DNA of 64,000 nucleotides, taken from contig NC_043021.1 of the NCBI RefSeq assembly GCF_006345805.1, forward strand, positions 26,722,001-26,786,000. The letters are read 5' to 3'. Position numbers and translations under genes: made by a program. The notes below the pieces were generated by a model. It searched no databases and was not told the DNA's origin. It saw only the letters and a list, made by a program, of their open reading frames with translations. The DNA is from Octopus sinensis (Eukaryota). Positions 49,260 to 60,379 of this stretch are shown piece by piece. How positions within the stretch are numbered: position 1 is the stretch's first letter; every line of letters starts with the position of its first letter.

Positions 49260-50232
49260 TTTTTTTTTTTTTTTTTCTAGTTAATTTTAGTTAATTTTTG
49301 TTTATGTTCAGATCATTAAAATGGAATGTCAGGTTAAGAAAAACGAACATTTTCGACACCTCCTTTTTGCTTTTAATCAACGTTCTAACGCCGCAAAAGC
49401 TGCTCGCGACATTTGTGCTGTGTTTGGAGAGGGTGCCATAGCTGGAAGAACCGCTCTTGATTGGTGTGCCAAGTTAAAAAATGGAAATTTAACCTCAAAA
49501 TCACACCTCGTTCTGGCCGACCAATTGAGTTCGATGGAGAGTGATTAAACCAACTTTTGCACGAAAATTCTCGTCAAACGACAAGGGAAGTGGCAGAGAA
49601 AATGGAATGCCCCCACACTGCTATAGAGAAGCATCTTCACTCGATGGGAAAGGTTCAGAAGTATGGAGCATGGGTTCTGCATGCTTTAAGTGACAACAAC
49701 AGAAATCAACGAGCCACAATCTCCGCTGGTTTGCTTGCTTGTCACTCATGGACACAAGCAACGATTTCTTTACCGAATCGTTACTGGCGACGAACAACGG
49801 TGCCTGTACATCAAAATGAAGCAGCGTAAGGAATGGCTTAGCCCCGGTAAACAAGCGACACCGCGCGTGAAACAAGTTCTTCATCCGCGTAAAACGATGT
49901 TGTGCGTATGGTGGGACTGGGAAGGGATTATCCATTACGAATTGCTTGAACGGAACTAAACGGTCAACGCGAAACTCTATGTTCAACAGATGGAATGACT
50001 CAACACGGCTATTCAAGAGAAAAGACCTAAGCGGAAGCATAGAGTTCTTCTGCTGCACGACAACGCTCGCCCTCATATCACCAATATGACCAAGGAAGCC
50101 ATTCAAACACATGGCTGGGAAGTGCTGCCACACTCGCCCTACTCTCCTGACTTGGCACCAACGGATTTCCACCTCTTTCGATCTCTTTCAAATGCTATGC
50201 GCAGAGTTTCGTTCAATGCTGATGCAGAAATG
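49260..50232 (+). pseudogene. Mariner (DD34D) transposase, frameshifted, 3' end missing
   Basis: MECQVKKNEHFRH..AARDICAVFGEG..WVLH..RIVTGDE..KTMLCVWWDWEGIIHYELL..LLHDNARPH..LPHSPYSPDLAPTDFHLF. Confidence 0.9.
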
Positions 50233-50295
50233 AGAGCTTTTGTATAAATGTAGCAATGATGGACGCTTCTTCCAGCAGGTGTTCAGTGAGCTTAC

Positions 50296-50378
50296 CTCTC
50301 ATGCTGACACCTGCCTTTGTTCTGCCAAGCAATTTTACCTTTACTGCTTTGCCTTGTTCGGCTACGGCCGGCCATAGT
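50296..50378 (-). CDS. Candidate 83-nt exon (possible start: MAGRSRTRQSSKGKIAWQNKGRCQHE)
   Basis: CTCTGTTATGTGTTGCAG|ACTATGGCC...CATGAGAG|GTAAGC; good acceptor and donor, Kozak-like ACTATGG. Confidence 0.3.
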
Positions 50379-51231
50379 CTGCAACACATAACAGAGACGT
50401 TACCCATTCTCTAAACAGCATATGCATTTGATTAAAATCGAATAGTTTATCTATCGGATGCAAACGAAGTCGCAGACCTTACATCGTAGTTTTCCCCTTC
50501 CTAGAAATATGTTTAAACACAGACTAGGGGTCTTTCACGCTCAGCTGTTGGACGGCGGTTGACTGAGTTCATTAGTCTTTTGGCACGGTCTTTTTACCTG
50601 TCTTTTAGAGTGTCCAACGAAAAACACCGTTCTTACCAAACAAGCTTGGTAGGGTTGCCGGTTTAGTCGCCGACGATCCGACCATTCGACCGGTTCTACT
50701 TGGCTGCATGTTACCAGTAGCATTATATTTATATATGCATGCACGAAAAAGGATCCACAGTCTTTTTCGAACAATCGGCTCATAAGGCCAGTTTCCCGAA
50801 TTCTGTGGCGTATGCCTGGACGGAGCGCCGGTTCGTCGTAGGATAACTCATTTTTGCCAGCTGAATGGAAATGGGAAATGATGTGCTTTCCTCAAGAACA
50901 CAACACATCACCTGGTCCAGGAATCGAAACCACAATCTTATGATCATGAGAACAATCCCCAGACCACTGTAGCATAGCATTAGTGATTGTACAAGCTGTT
51001 AGTCAAGAAGATCTGGTCTTTTTTTAAAGAACCTTTCATGCAGAAACTCATCTCCATGAGTGTTGCAACTTCAAAGGAGCGAAGAAACTCAAAACGTTGA
51101 AGCTACTTTGCTATTCTCTGATCAAACGTTGAGCAGAACCAAAAGCCGTTTCTTCAGAAGTTTTAGAGATGTTTTTCTGTTGACTGATATTCAGGCAGAG
51201 AGGTTTTTCAGTTCTTGAGTATCGGACAACT

Positions 51232-51533
51232 GGCACTCCGTCGGTCACGACGACGAGTGTTTCTGGTGGTCCGATCAACAGAACTGCCTGCTCGTGAAAT
51301 TGACGTACAAATGGCTGAGTACTCCATAGACACTCGTACCCTAAAGGGACATTCAGTGTGACACACTGACTGTGATTAACTGACCCCTTGGATTACAGGA
51401 ACAACACGTTTTTGTCATCTGAGTTGATTGAAATAAAGGATGTTCCTCAAGGACACAACTCGCCGCCGGGTATCGAACGCACGACCATACGATCATGAAC
51501 CGAATACCCTAACCACTAAGCCACGTGCCTTCC
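51232..51533 (-). mobile_element. tRNA-derived SINE (SINE-D-related); another remnant at 50785-50975
   Basis: Reverse complement GGCACGTGGCTTAGTGGTTAGGG..GTTCGATACCC..GTGTCCTTGAGG. Confidence 0.75.
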
Positions 51534-51956
51534 CTGTGTCCGCCATTCAACGAAGATGGAGAGTTGAGTTTTTACAAATGAAGCATCCGGTTTATTTGCA
51601 ATTAAAATAAAACTGCTTTACTTTTCTTCTATATCAAAGAAGTGCAGTAGTGTAGGGCCTTTGTACTTTCTGAAAATTCAAGGTTCAACCAGCGTGCCTG
51701 GCAGTGAACTGAAATCCCTCATAGGATCCACTCGTGTTAACGGGTATAGTCTGATTTCTTGGGTTTGCTATCGGTAATCCTTTCCATTCCAAACTAGAGG
51801 GTCATTCATTCAAGCCCCTCACACGTTCGTCCTTACAGATTTCTATTCCATGCAAACATTCTCTCTGAATTTGCTCTCTCTTGAATGTTTAAACATTCAT
51901 GTTTCTACAGTTCTATATTTAAGAGATGAGGAATTATGTACATTATTTACATTATT

Positions 51957-52191
51957 TACATTTGACGGGCATATAGTGTAGTGGTTAAGAGCGCAAAATT
52001 CCGAGTTCGATTCCAGGCAGTGACCTGAAGAAGAATAATTATACCAACAACAACAACATTGAAAAATACCTTAGGAATGAGAACCCAGGTTCGAAATTTC
52101 CCCAAGACCACCTGATGAAGGCTGGAGGGTATATCAGCCAAAACGTTGTGTTAACAACAAACAAGATGAGGGCATATATCCGTCAAATGTA
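51957..52191 (+). mobile_element. Short element with inverted termini, Pol III A/B boxes and hammerhead-like motif
   Basis: TACATTTGACGG..ATAT / ATAT.CCGTCAAATGTA termini; TAGTGTAGTGG; GTTCGATTCC(52005); CCAC-CTGATGA(52112)-A-GGCTG..CAGCC-AAAA-CGTT-GTGT. Confidence 0.65.
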
Positions 52192-52957
52192 AAAAAAAAT
52201 ATTTGTTTGTGTCCTTTCATATGTGACACTGGATGAAGATCTTGTTCACTAACAACACTGATATTCTTAGCGGACTCAAAGAATTTGAAATTAGCGAACA
52301 GCTCTTTCAGAACGCAGCCACATGAATGGCTATTTTGGGTATTTGAATGAAAGCAAAATGTTTTGACCGTGATGAGGATGTAAAACGCATCGCCCGATAT
52401 GGTGGTGTCCGTTTCAACCATTATAAGTTCCAAAACCAGATTTAGTCTTAACAGAAGGATCCGCGTATTCTCTCGAATGAGTTAGCGTTGAAGCAAAAGA
52501 ACATTAAATCGTGAAATAATTTTCCCCAAAACACCTTAAGTTGGTTGGCAGTTATTCAGGGATACCAGTGTGAGACAAGATCCTGGGACAACTTAGGAAA
52601 GTAGCAAGCAACATGAAAACAAGCCACTTACTGAAGAATTCAGAATCTCTACTCACTAAAACCTATTCTTCTTGTTGAGGTATTGGCCCTTGCTTTGGGA
52701 ACTTATATGGATTTTAGAGAATTCCATCCACAACGCAACAATGGCATTTTCTAATAACACTGATGGCTATATTTTTGATTTGTAATATGTTGTGACAGTA
52801 TTTCTTCATTTTTGGATGTTTTTGTTGCTCCATGCTATTCTTCAGCCATCTTGGAGGAATATTCTCGAGTTGGCCTGGGCTGGCCATTGAATCTGAAACA
52901 TGTGTTTTCTTAACCGGTCTGATCTGATAAACACTTGCGATATGTAAGTATATGTAT

Positions 52958-52992
<35 letters not shown>

Positions 52993-53210
52993 ACACACAC
53001 ACACACACCACACACACACACACACATACGACGAGCCTATTTCAGTTTCCGTCTACCAAATCCATTCACAAGGGTTTGGTCGCCTAGGGTCTGGTCCAAA
53101 CACACGTAGCGTTGGTCATTCGTTGCTTGGTATATTCTAGGATGTCCCAAGTGTCGTGAATACATTTGGTGTATTATAACCAAATGAATAATAACAGACG
53201 ATAGATTTTG

Positions 53211-53294
<84 letters not shown>

Positions 53295-53295
<1 letters not shown>

Positions 53296-53810
53296 GAGCA
53301 AAACGTATTTTCTCAAAACAACTTGTCCGACCGTCCCATAGGCCTCCCCTTTCAGAAACACTGATTTAACCTAAACTTGAGACACCAGCAAAAGAAGAAA
53401 TAAAGATAGACTTTTTTCTATTCCAAAGAAAAACGAATTTTATTCACACAAATATGCAACCGAAGAGTTTAAAGTACCAGTAATGATAAGGCTGTCGACT
53501 GGGAGAACACAAACATGGTTTAAACAGTAAGCTTGGCAGGAAAGAAACGAAGTTAAGGCAAAATAATTTCCGACAGACAGAACGGATTTTATATAGCAGC
53601 TGATGTACTTGCGCGTACAAATGCACGTTACCACGGCTTTATCGATCGCATTCTCACCTAGAATCGATTTTTGTAATTTTTTCAAGACTTATACACGCCC
53701 TGATACCGTCGGTATCTACATATCAAATTTGAGCGCAATCGGATGGAGGATGCCCGAGATCCTAGAAGACACACACAGAGACAGACAGACCGGATTTTAT
53801 ATAATATATA
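53295..53810 (+). mobile_element. Helitron-like non-autonomous remnant(s)
   Basis: Two similar ends ACAGACAGA.CGGATTTTATATA (about 53575 and 53782); CATATCAAATTTGAGCGCAATCGG subterminal motif. Confidence 0.35.
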
Positions 53811-53889
53811 TATATATAATATATATATGAATGTATGTATGTATGTATGTATGTATGTATGTATGTATGTATGTATGTATGTATGTATG

Positions 53890-54282
53890 TACAAAGTATT
53901 TAATTTTATAGGTATATTTATAAAATTATAATAAGGGCAACTACTGAATAATGCCACAAGCTAGAAGAAGATGCCAAATAGCTCTGAAACTACCTTATTT
54001 ACCACATAGATACGAGCTGAAAGCGAGGGAATGAACAAAAAATGTTTTTTTTAAAGAAGTTTAGCCATAGATTCCTTTTTAGTTTAGGGATGTAATACCA
54101 TATTACCATCCTCAGTTTGACATAAGCAAGAGTACATAGTTATAAGCATTTCAGCTCGTATCTATGTGATAAATAAGGTAGTTTCAGAGCCATTTGGCAT
54201 CTTCTTCTAGCTTGTGGCACTATTCAGTAGTTGCCCTTATTATAATTTTATAATTATATTTAGAAAATTAAATACTTTGTAT
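53890..54282. repeat. Long foldback, about 133-bp arms with about 125-nt spacer
   Basis: TACAAAGTATTTAATTTT..GGGCAACTACTGAATA.TGCCACAAGCTAGAAGAAGATGCCAAAT..GATACGAGCTGAAA mirrored at 54149-54282. Confidence 0.9.
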
Positions 54283-54385
54283 TAATTTTTACCTAAATGG
54301 TTTTTTACATGCTAGCTGACTTTATAAAATCCTATTTAGATTTTACCCTTCATTATAATGATATTTATTTTAACCGTCTCACATC

Positions 54386-54433
54386 GTCTCTGATGAAGGG
54401 ATACCCATAGTATCCTAGAAACAGCTGTAATAC
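54386..54433 (+). ncRNA. Minimal type I hammerhead ribozyme motif
   Basis: GTCT-CTGATGA-A-GGGATAC ccata GTATCCT-A-GAAA-CAGCT-GTA^-ATAC; 7-bp stem II; one stem I mismatch; cleavage after 54429. Confidence 0.65.
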
Positions 54434-54504
54434 TATACCGATATATTTTTCCTTATAAATGTCCTGCAAACTCCTCACAACTTTGGCTTTGTTATCTCAT
54501 TTTG

Positions 54505-54591
<87 letters not shown>

Positions 54592-54629
54592 CAAAGTGGA
54601 GTTGTGGGGTACCGCACGAGTGGAATTAT

Positions 54630-54725
54630 ATACGAAAGAAGGTTTGAAAATGCAATTTAAAAATTTAAATAAACAATTTAAATAAACATCTTTTAAATTG
54701 CATTTGCATTTTCAAACCTTCTTTC

Positions 54726-54729
<4 letters not shown>
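54630..54729. repeat. Inverted repeat with 25-bp perfect arms
   Basis: ATACGAAAGAAGGTTTGAAAATGCA / TGCATTTTCAAACCTTCTTTCGTAT. Confidence 0.9.
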
Positions 54730-54798
<69 letters not shown>

Positions 54799-54825
54799 AA
54801 GGATGAAAAGGAACACACGAGTTGA

Positions 54826-55168
54826 TATATATGAAAAAACAAGTCAAGATAGAAAATGCTAAAATAATTTTATAAAGAACATTTCAGTTCCGGTTTCGGT
54901 CATTTTGAGACCTTTTCAACTGTAACGATTAAATAATTAACGACCTCGAACCCACAAGTGTAAACAAGAGAGACAGAGAAAGGCAGAAACAAGGAAAATG
55001 TCACTTGTATTTGAACACTTTACAAATATTCCTTTAAAAAAACTTTTCTTTTATTTTTTCTAAATTTAATTATTTAATTGTTACAGTTGAAAAGGTCTCA
55101 ATGACTGAAACCAGTACTGAAATGTTCTTTATAAAATTATTTTAGCATTTTCTATCTTGACTTGTTTT

Positions 55169-55175
<7 letters not shown>
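54826..55175. mobile_element. Inverted pair of short Penelope-like termini (about 115-bp arms), each with a hammerhead-like motif
   Basis: 54826-54940 vs 55064-55175 near-identical in reverse. Confidence 0.75.
55084..55119 (+). ncRNA. Minimal hammerhead-like motif with U3-A8 core variant
   Basis: CAG-TTGAAAA-GGTC tcaat GACT-GAAA-CCAG-TA^-CTG; mirror copy 54885-54923 (-) has GGTC/GACC and GAAACCGG. Confidence 0.5.
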
Positions 55176-55218
<43 letters not shown>

Positions 55219-56529
55219 ACATCTCTATATATCTCTATATATCCATATATATATATGTGTGTGTGTGTATACGTTTCTATCTCACCGCACGCGCACGCGC
55301 ATACATAGTAGCATTAAATGCTTGCTTTCATAACAGTGATTTGAATCTGCATCAACCCAACTATTTTTCTTTTAATTTGGAGGTAGGGTTGAAATTGCAA
55401 TTAGAAAAGTTACGACAGACAGACAGATAGATTGTGAGTGAGTGAGAAAGAGAGAAAAGGATAAATTGGGCTTGATAAGGCAAAGCTTTGAATGAGGAGC
55501 AGGAAGAGGGATAGAAAATTGAAACGAAGATTCGGCACTGTAGGGGAAGCAGAGATAAAACCATAGTTACATCCAATGAAGAAAAAGGGATGAGAGAAGA
55601 GAGAATGCGATAGACATACACTCAAGCAAACTTCCTTTAATAGGGTTTATGTAGCAATCATTCATCTCTCCCCTCACAAACTCTTAGCAAAATCCTTTCA
55701 GTTTAAAATTGCTCTGAAATTTATATTTACACATCGGAATGAAATGAAATGAAAATCTTAAGTGGATGAACGTCAAATTGTCAATTGAAAAATAATCACA
55801 ACACTTCCGATATGATTCATCGATTTCGTTTACCAAGAAACTTGTCCAATAATTTTATGCCCATACATAAATAAAATTAATTTGTCTTGTTTGTGACCCT
55901 GAGCCGAAGGGGGGGGGTAATAAAACAAAACAAAAAAAACAATGACATTGAGGAAAAGCTTGTTGGTTTATTTTCGTTTTTGTTCGTTTGTGTTTCATTA
56001 ATTTATATAATTAGTAATTAACGCTTCTGATCAACTTGTGTCCACATCTGTGCTGCAATTCCCAGGATACGCTGTGCATAAATAACCCGCCGTGGGAGAC
56101 AACTTCGTCGTAATTTAATTTATGGACCAATTCAGTTAATAATACAAACAAGTTTCGTCGACATCTTTAATTATTCACTGAAAAACAAAGACTCTGTCGG
56201 TGTTTTTTCAAATGTTTTTGGTTGTTTCTTTCTTTTCGATGGTTAAAATAATCTTAGAAGCAACAAACAAGGGAAGGTGACATTAATGTTTATGACAACT
56301 TGCATAGTGTTAGGACAAGCGACGTGGAATAATTTTAGCAAAGTAAAGCTTGCGATACCGGTTTCGATACCAAGATAAATGATCAAATTTCTTCCATTCA
56401 TCGCATAAAAGAATGACCAAGATTTTCACCGAGGATTCTTCTTAGTTATTGCGTAAATTTATCATTAGCTAATTAGTTTTCAAAAAATTATTAGAAAAAA
56501 AATTTTTTAATGTTACATAATTCTTTCTA

Positions 56530-56730
56530 ATATAGGTGCAAGGTTTGACATATTGCAGGGTAGGTGTGCGTACATCGACCCCAGTGCTCGACTGGTACTT
56601 ATTTTATCGACCTCAGAAAGGACGAAAGTCAAAGTCGATCTCGGCGGAATCTGAACAAGGAGCGTAATGAGCCGAAAGAAATGGCACTAAGCATTTTGTC
56701 CAACGCGAAAGCGTTTCAGCCAGATCGCTG
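56530..56730 (-). mobile_element. SINE-C
   Basis: Matches the 21390 consensus in reverse. Confidence 0.75.
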
Positions 56731-56772
56731 CCCTTAATAAATATTTAATAATAATAATAATAATAATAATAA

Positions 56773-57181
56773 CTGCCGACCAAGCAACACCAAAGTGGTT
56801 GACATTGGGTAGGACAGTGCTGTGCCTGAAAAACATCGAAAAAGGCCATACGGTAGACAATTACAGACCGATATCCTGTTTACCGCTTATGTGGAAGTTA
56901 TTGACTGGAATACTCGCAGAGTCAATGTACATGATCAGCTCCTGATGGATAAAACTGTACTTAGAGACTGCAAGAGGAGGAAAAGTAACTTAGCCATGTC
57001 ATGGATCGATTATCGTAAGGCGTGCGATATGATCCCACATTCTTGGATTAATGAGCGTATGAACCTCTTAGGGATTGCATCGAATATTGAGCGATTGCTT
57101 GGAAAAAGTATAGCGAATTGGTGGACGGAACTGAAAGCATATGGAAGAAGTTTTGGGACAGTAGAAATTAGGAAGGACATC
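56773..57181 (+). mobile_element. R4/Dong-like RT fragment starting after (AAT)n
   Basis: [53 protein letters not shown]. Confidence 0.85.
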
Positions 57182-58493
57182 TCCGCGGCTGTTATCGGCC
57201 TTTCGCAGCACTCTGAGAGTCGTGGCAGGCCGTCCAGGTACACAGCGAAGTCTACCTTGTTATCCGTCCTACCATTCGTCCCAAACAGTCGAGCAAAGTG
57301 CTGCTGAAAAGCCGCACACATCTGTTTCGGTTTGAACACCTCGCGCTCGTCCTGGTCAACCAAAGATCGAATGGTGGCTTTATTTCTATGTTTCGCCTCT
57401 GCCACGCGGGCCCATCGTGACGCTTTCGTTCCCTCCCTGCTTAGTGAACGTGCCTTAACTCTGACAACATAACCTTCGTGTTTGGCGTCGAGAAATTGGT
57501 CGAGGGTCAACCTCGCTGCCAACACATCGGTTGCGATGCCTGTCCTGAGCGCCTCATCTAGCTTTCTAACTATATCTCCCTCTATTCTATTTCGTTCAGT
57601 CATTAATGCCTTGATAAACCTAATCGATTCTACTCTAATTGCCCTTTTAAGTGCAAACCACCAGTTGTTGACGTCTGCGCCCGTCAACGCCCTCTTAACT
57701 AAAACGCTTATCCGGTCTCTGTAAGCTTGACACACCGGTAACGACCTGTTCATCTTCCAGTATCCGGGACCCTGTCTACGAAACCTATCTAAGTCGACCG
57801 TACAGATCATGAAGTTGTGGTCTTTGTAGTTGACTAAGTGAAACTGGACAACCTATACTATCCTTATCTACTGGCCTACAGAATGCGCTATCTAAGTACG
57901 ATCTAGATGACCCGATGCGATTTGTCCAAGGCCACATTGGCACATTCGGGTAATCTAGTCAGTACCTGTTAGACAATTGAAATCGTCTGAGCAGGTTTTT
58001 GAGGCTTTTGCACATCCCTCTCCTATCAGATACTCCCACGCAATCGAAACGTCCATCTAAGATAGTGTTTCAATCCCCTACTAACACTAAAGTCCGAGAC
58101 GTTCCCAGGAAGCCCTCCAGACACTTGAAGTAATCAGACCGCCCTGTCCCTGTCGGAGCATAAGCATCCACCAGTCTGAAGCTATCGCCGTCATTGCTGT
58201 TCACATCTAGGACAACCAACTTAACTTCTGAATCCAGGAAGACTTTATTTTCAAATCAGACCTTTCCGGAGAAGCACCACAATACCACCACCGCCCCTTC
58301 CCGGTTTATACGGAGATAGAAAAATCTCGTATCCACCGAAAAGGGTAATGAGGTCCCGTGGGTCGGATAGACTTGATTCATTAATGGCTGCTACGTCTAT
58401 ACTAAAAGACCTCAGGTCATTTAAAAGGTGACCTTGTTTCCAAGGCGAACCGAGGCCCCTGACATTTATGCAATCTACTCTGAGCAACACCAT
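57182..58493 (-). pseudogene. Tx1-like ORF2: APE endonuclease + linker (frameshifted, RT absent)
   Basis: MVLLRVDCINVRGL..VAAINES..DAYAP..VLVGD..YLD..GPGYWKMNRSL..ITAAE. Confidence 0.85.
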
Positions 58494-58619
58494 GCTGAAA
58501 ATAAATATTTAAGACGGAGAAGAGCTCTGTTTACCACTGTTGTCTGGTAGGGCGGCCCCCTTGGTCTTTGGTGTGGGAGTTTCCACAAAGATTTTATAAA
58601 GTGTTTTTGAGAAGGTCTT

Positions 58620-60205
58620 TTAGAAAGACCCAAAAGCTTTTGGGAAGTTTCTTTTCATTGTGGTGAATGTGTTTTGGGTGAATTTTACAATTTGCATGAG
58701 TGATGGTGATGCATTGTGAGTTGGGAAGACAAAGTCTGCTAATGTGGTGTCTGTATTGTTATATAGATATGTTGTTAGGTCTATGTCAGCTGTGTTGATG
58801 ATTGTGAGGTTGGTGGTGTTGTGAGGTTGGTGGTCTGTGTTGTAGATGCTGCTGTTATTGGTTGTTGTGTGTGTTGCTGCTGTTGGTAAGTTCTGCTTCT
58901 TTGCCCCTCCCCCTTTTTCTTCTACTGCCTCTTTAGTCTTTTTCTTCCTTTTCTCGAAGCGGGGGGGGGGGACTGTCTGCCACTCCCCACTCCCAACCTC
59001 AGTACTCGAACAGTCCGAGTTGTTTGGATCCGGAAGGGGGATTTTCTCTGGCTCGTGGGTTTGTTGGGGTTCGTCCGTTGCTGCTGCTACTCCTGTAGTA
59101 GCTGTTGGTGGTGGTGGTGGTGGTAATCCGGCTGGTGTCATTGTTGTTGGTGCTGTCCTGAGGCGGCTGGAGGAGGCGTCGGTGTTGCTGGCGGTGGTGA
59201 AGATGGTGTGGGTGTTTGGGTGACCACTGGTTTCTGTTGCTGCTGTTGTTGCTGCTGCTCTACTGGAGGTTCCCCCGGTTCTGGTATCGGCAGAAGGGCC
59301 GGTCGCCTCCCCTTCTTAGAGCAGGAGACCCTGAGGTGGCTTTGGTCACCGCAAAAATAGCACCTCTGCCTCCTGTGGACAGCCACTTGTAGTCTGGTGC
59401 TGTCGGATTGGTTTATTGAGTCAGGGATAGAATTTAAGGCCCCTTGTTCCATTTTAACAAAGAGCTCCAATCCCTGACCCGACCAATTTTGTTGGTGCAA
59501 TTTATGAACCCCCAGTATAGTGGTGATGTCCTCTATGTCTAAGAGGACAGCTGCCACCACCCAGCATATATTTATTTCATGGGGAATCCCCCGCCCAATT
59601 TTAACTTTGGTAACGCGCCGACCAAGATATGTCGGCACGAGCAGATCTTCCGAAATCAGTGGCACTGTGGAATGCTGTCTTGCTTCTTCTTCCGTTGCGA
59701 AGCGCACTTCCACAGTGCCGAACCATTTTCCACGAATCACATACGTTTTATTTTTCCATATCGATTTCAGAATCAATTCCAGTTGTTGTGTTGCTCATTC
59801 CACCCCCCACCCACCCATTTTTTGTTAATACATTTATGTTATTGTTTTTCTGTTGCTGTTCATGATAATTTGTTGTGGAGTCTTTAGGGAGACATCGTTG
59901 CCTTGTCTCACCAATAACTCCTTTGAGTGTTTTAAGTCCTCTAATACGACGCTTATTTTTCTCTTGTCTGCTTCGCTGCGGAAGCGAAACCGTGTGTTGT
60001 TGGATTTGTCTTTCGCGTTTATTCTTCCATTTTCTTCGTCGTTCTTGTTGGTATTCATGGCGTTGGCGGTGTTTTCTCTGTTCTTTTCTTTTTGTATGTT
60101 AATGGTGGTGGTGGTGCTGTTGTTTGTGCTGTTCAGAGGGGGGAAATCTTCGAGGTTTTGGCTGTCAAAACAGCCACTGCCATTCTCTTCGACAAACGAA
60201 GGCAT
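58620..60205 (-). pseudogene. Tx1-like ORF1 (RRM-like + CCHC zinc knuckle, Pro/Gln-rich tail), with stops
   Basis: WFGTVEVRFATEEEAR (RRM-like); CYFCGDQSHLRVSC = C-x2-C-x4-H-x4-C. Confidence 0.8.
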
Positions 60206-60379
60206 CTTGTTTTTCGTTAGACGAAAAACAAATTATTTCATAAGGATCAAAGTGTCCAAAATTGCCTCTAAAAGGGTAGACCTTCAACAAGGAACCCCTT
60301 TAGTTAACAAGAAGGATTCAACAATATCAACAATGAAAACAAAAATCCAACAGCCTTCAAAAGAAAACAACAAAAGTTC

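Noticed and set aside
57010-57810. 266-aa ORF as a single gene
   Set aside because: Chimera of the Tx1 ORF2 linker running into the antisense strand of an R4 fragment at 57182
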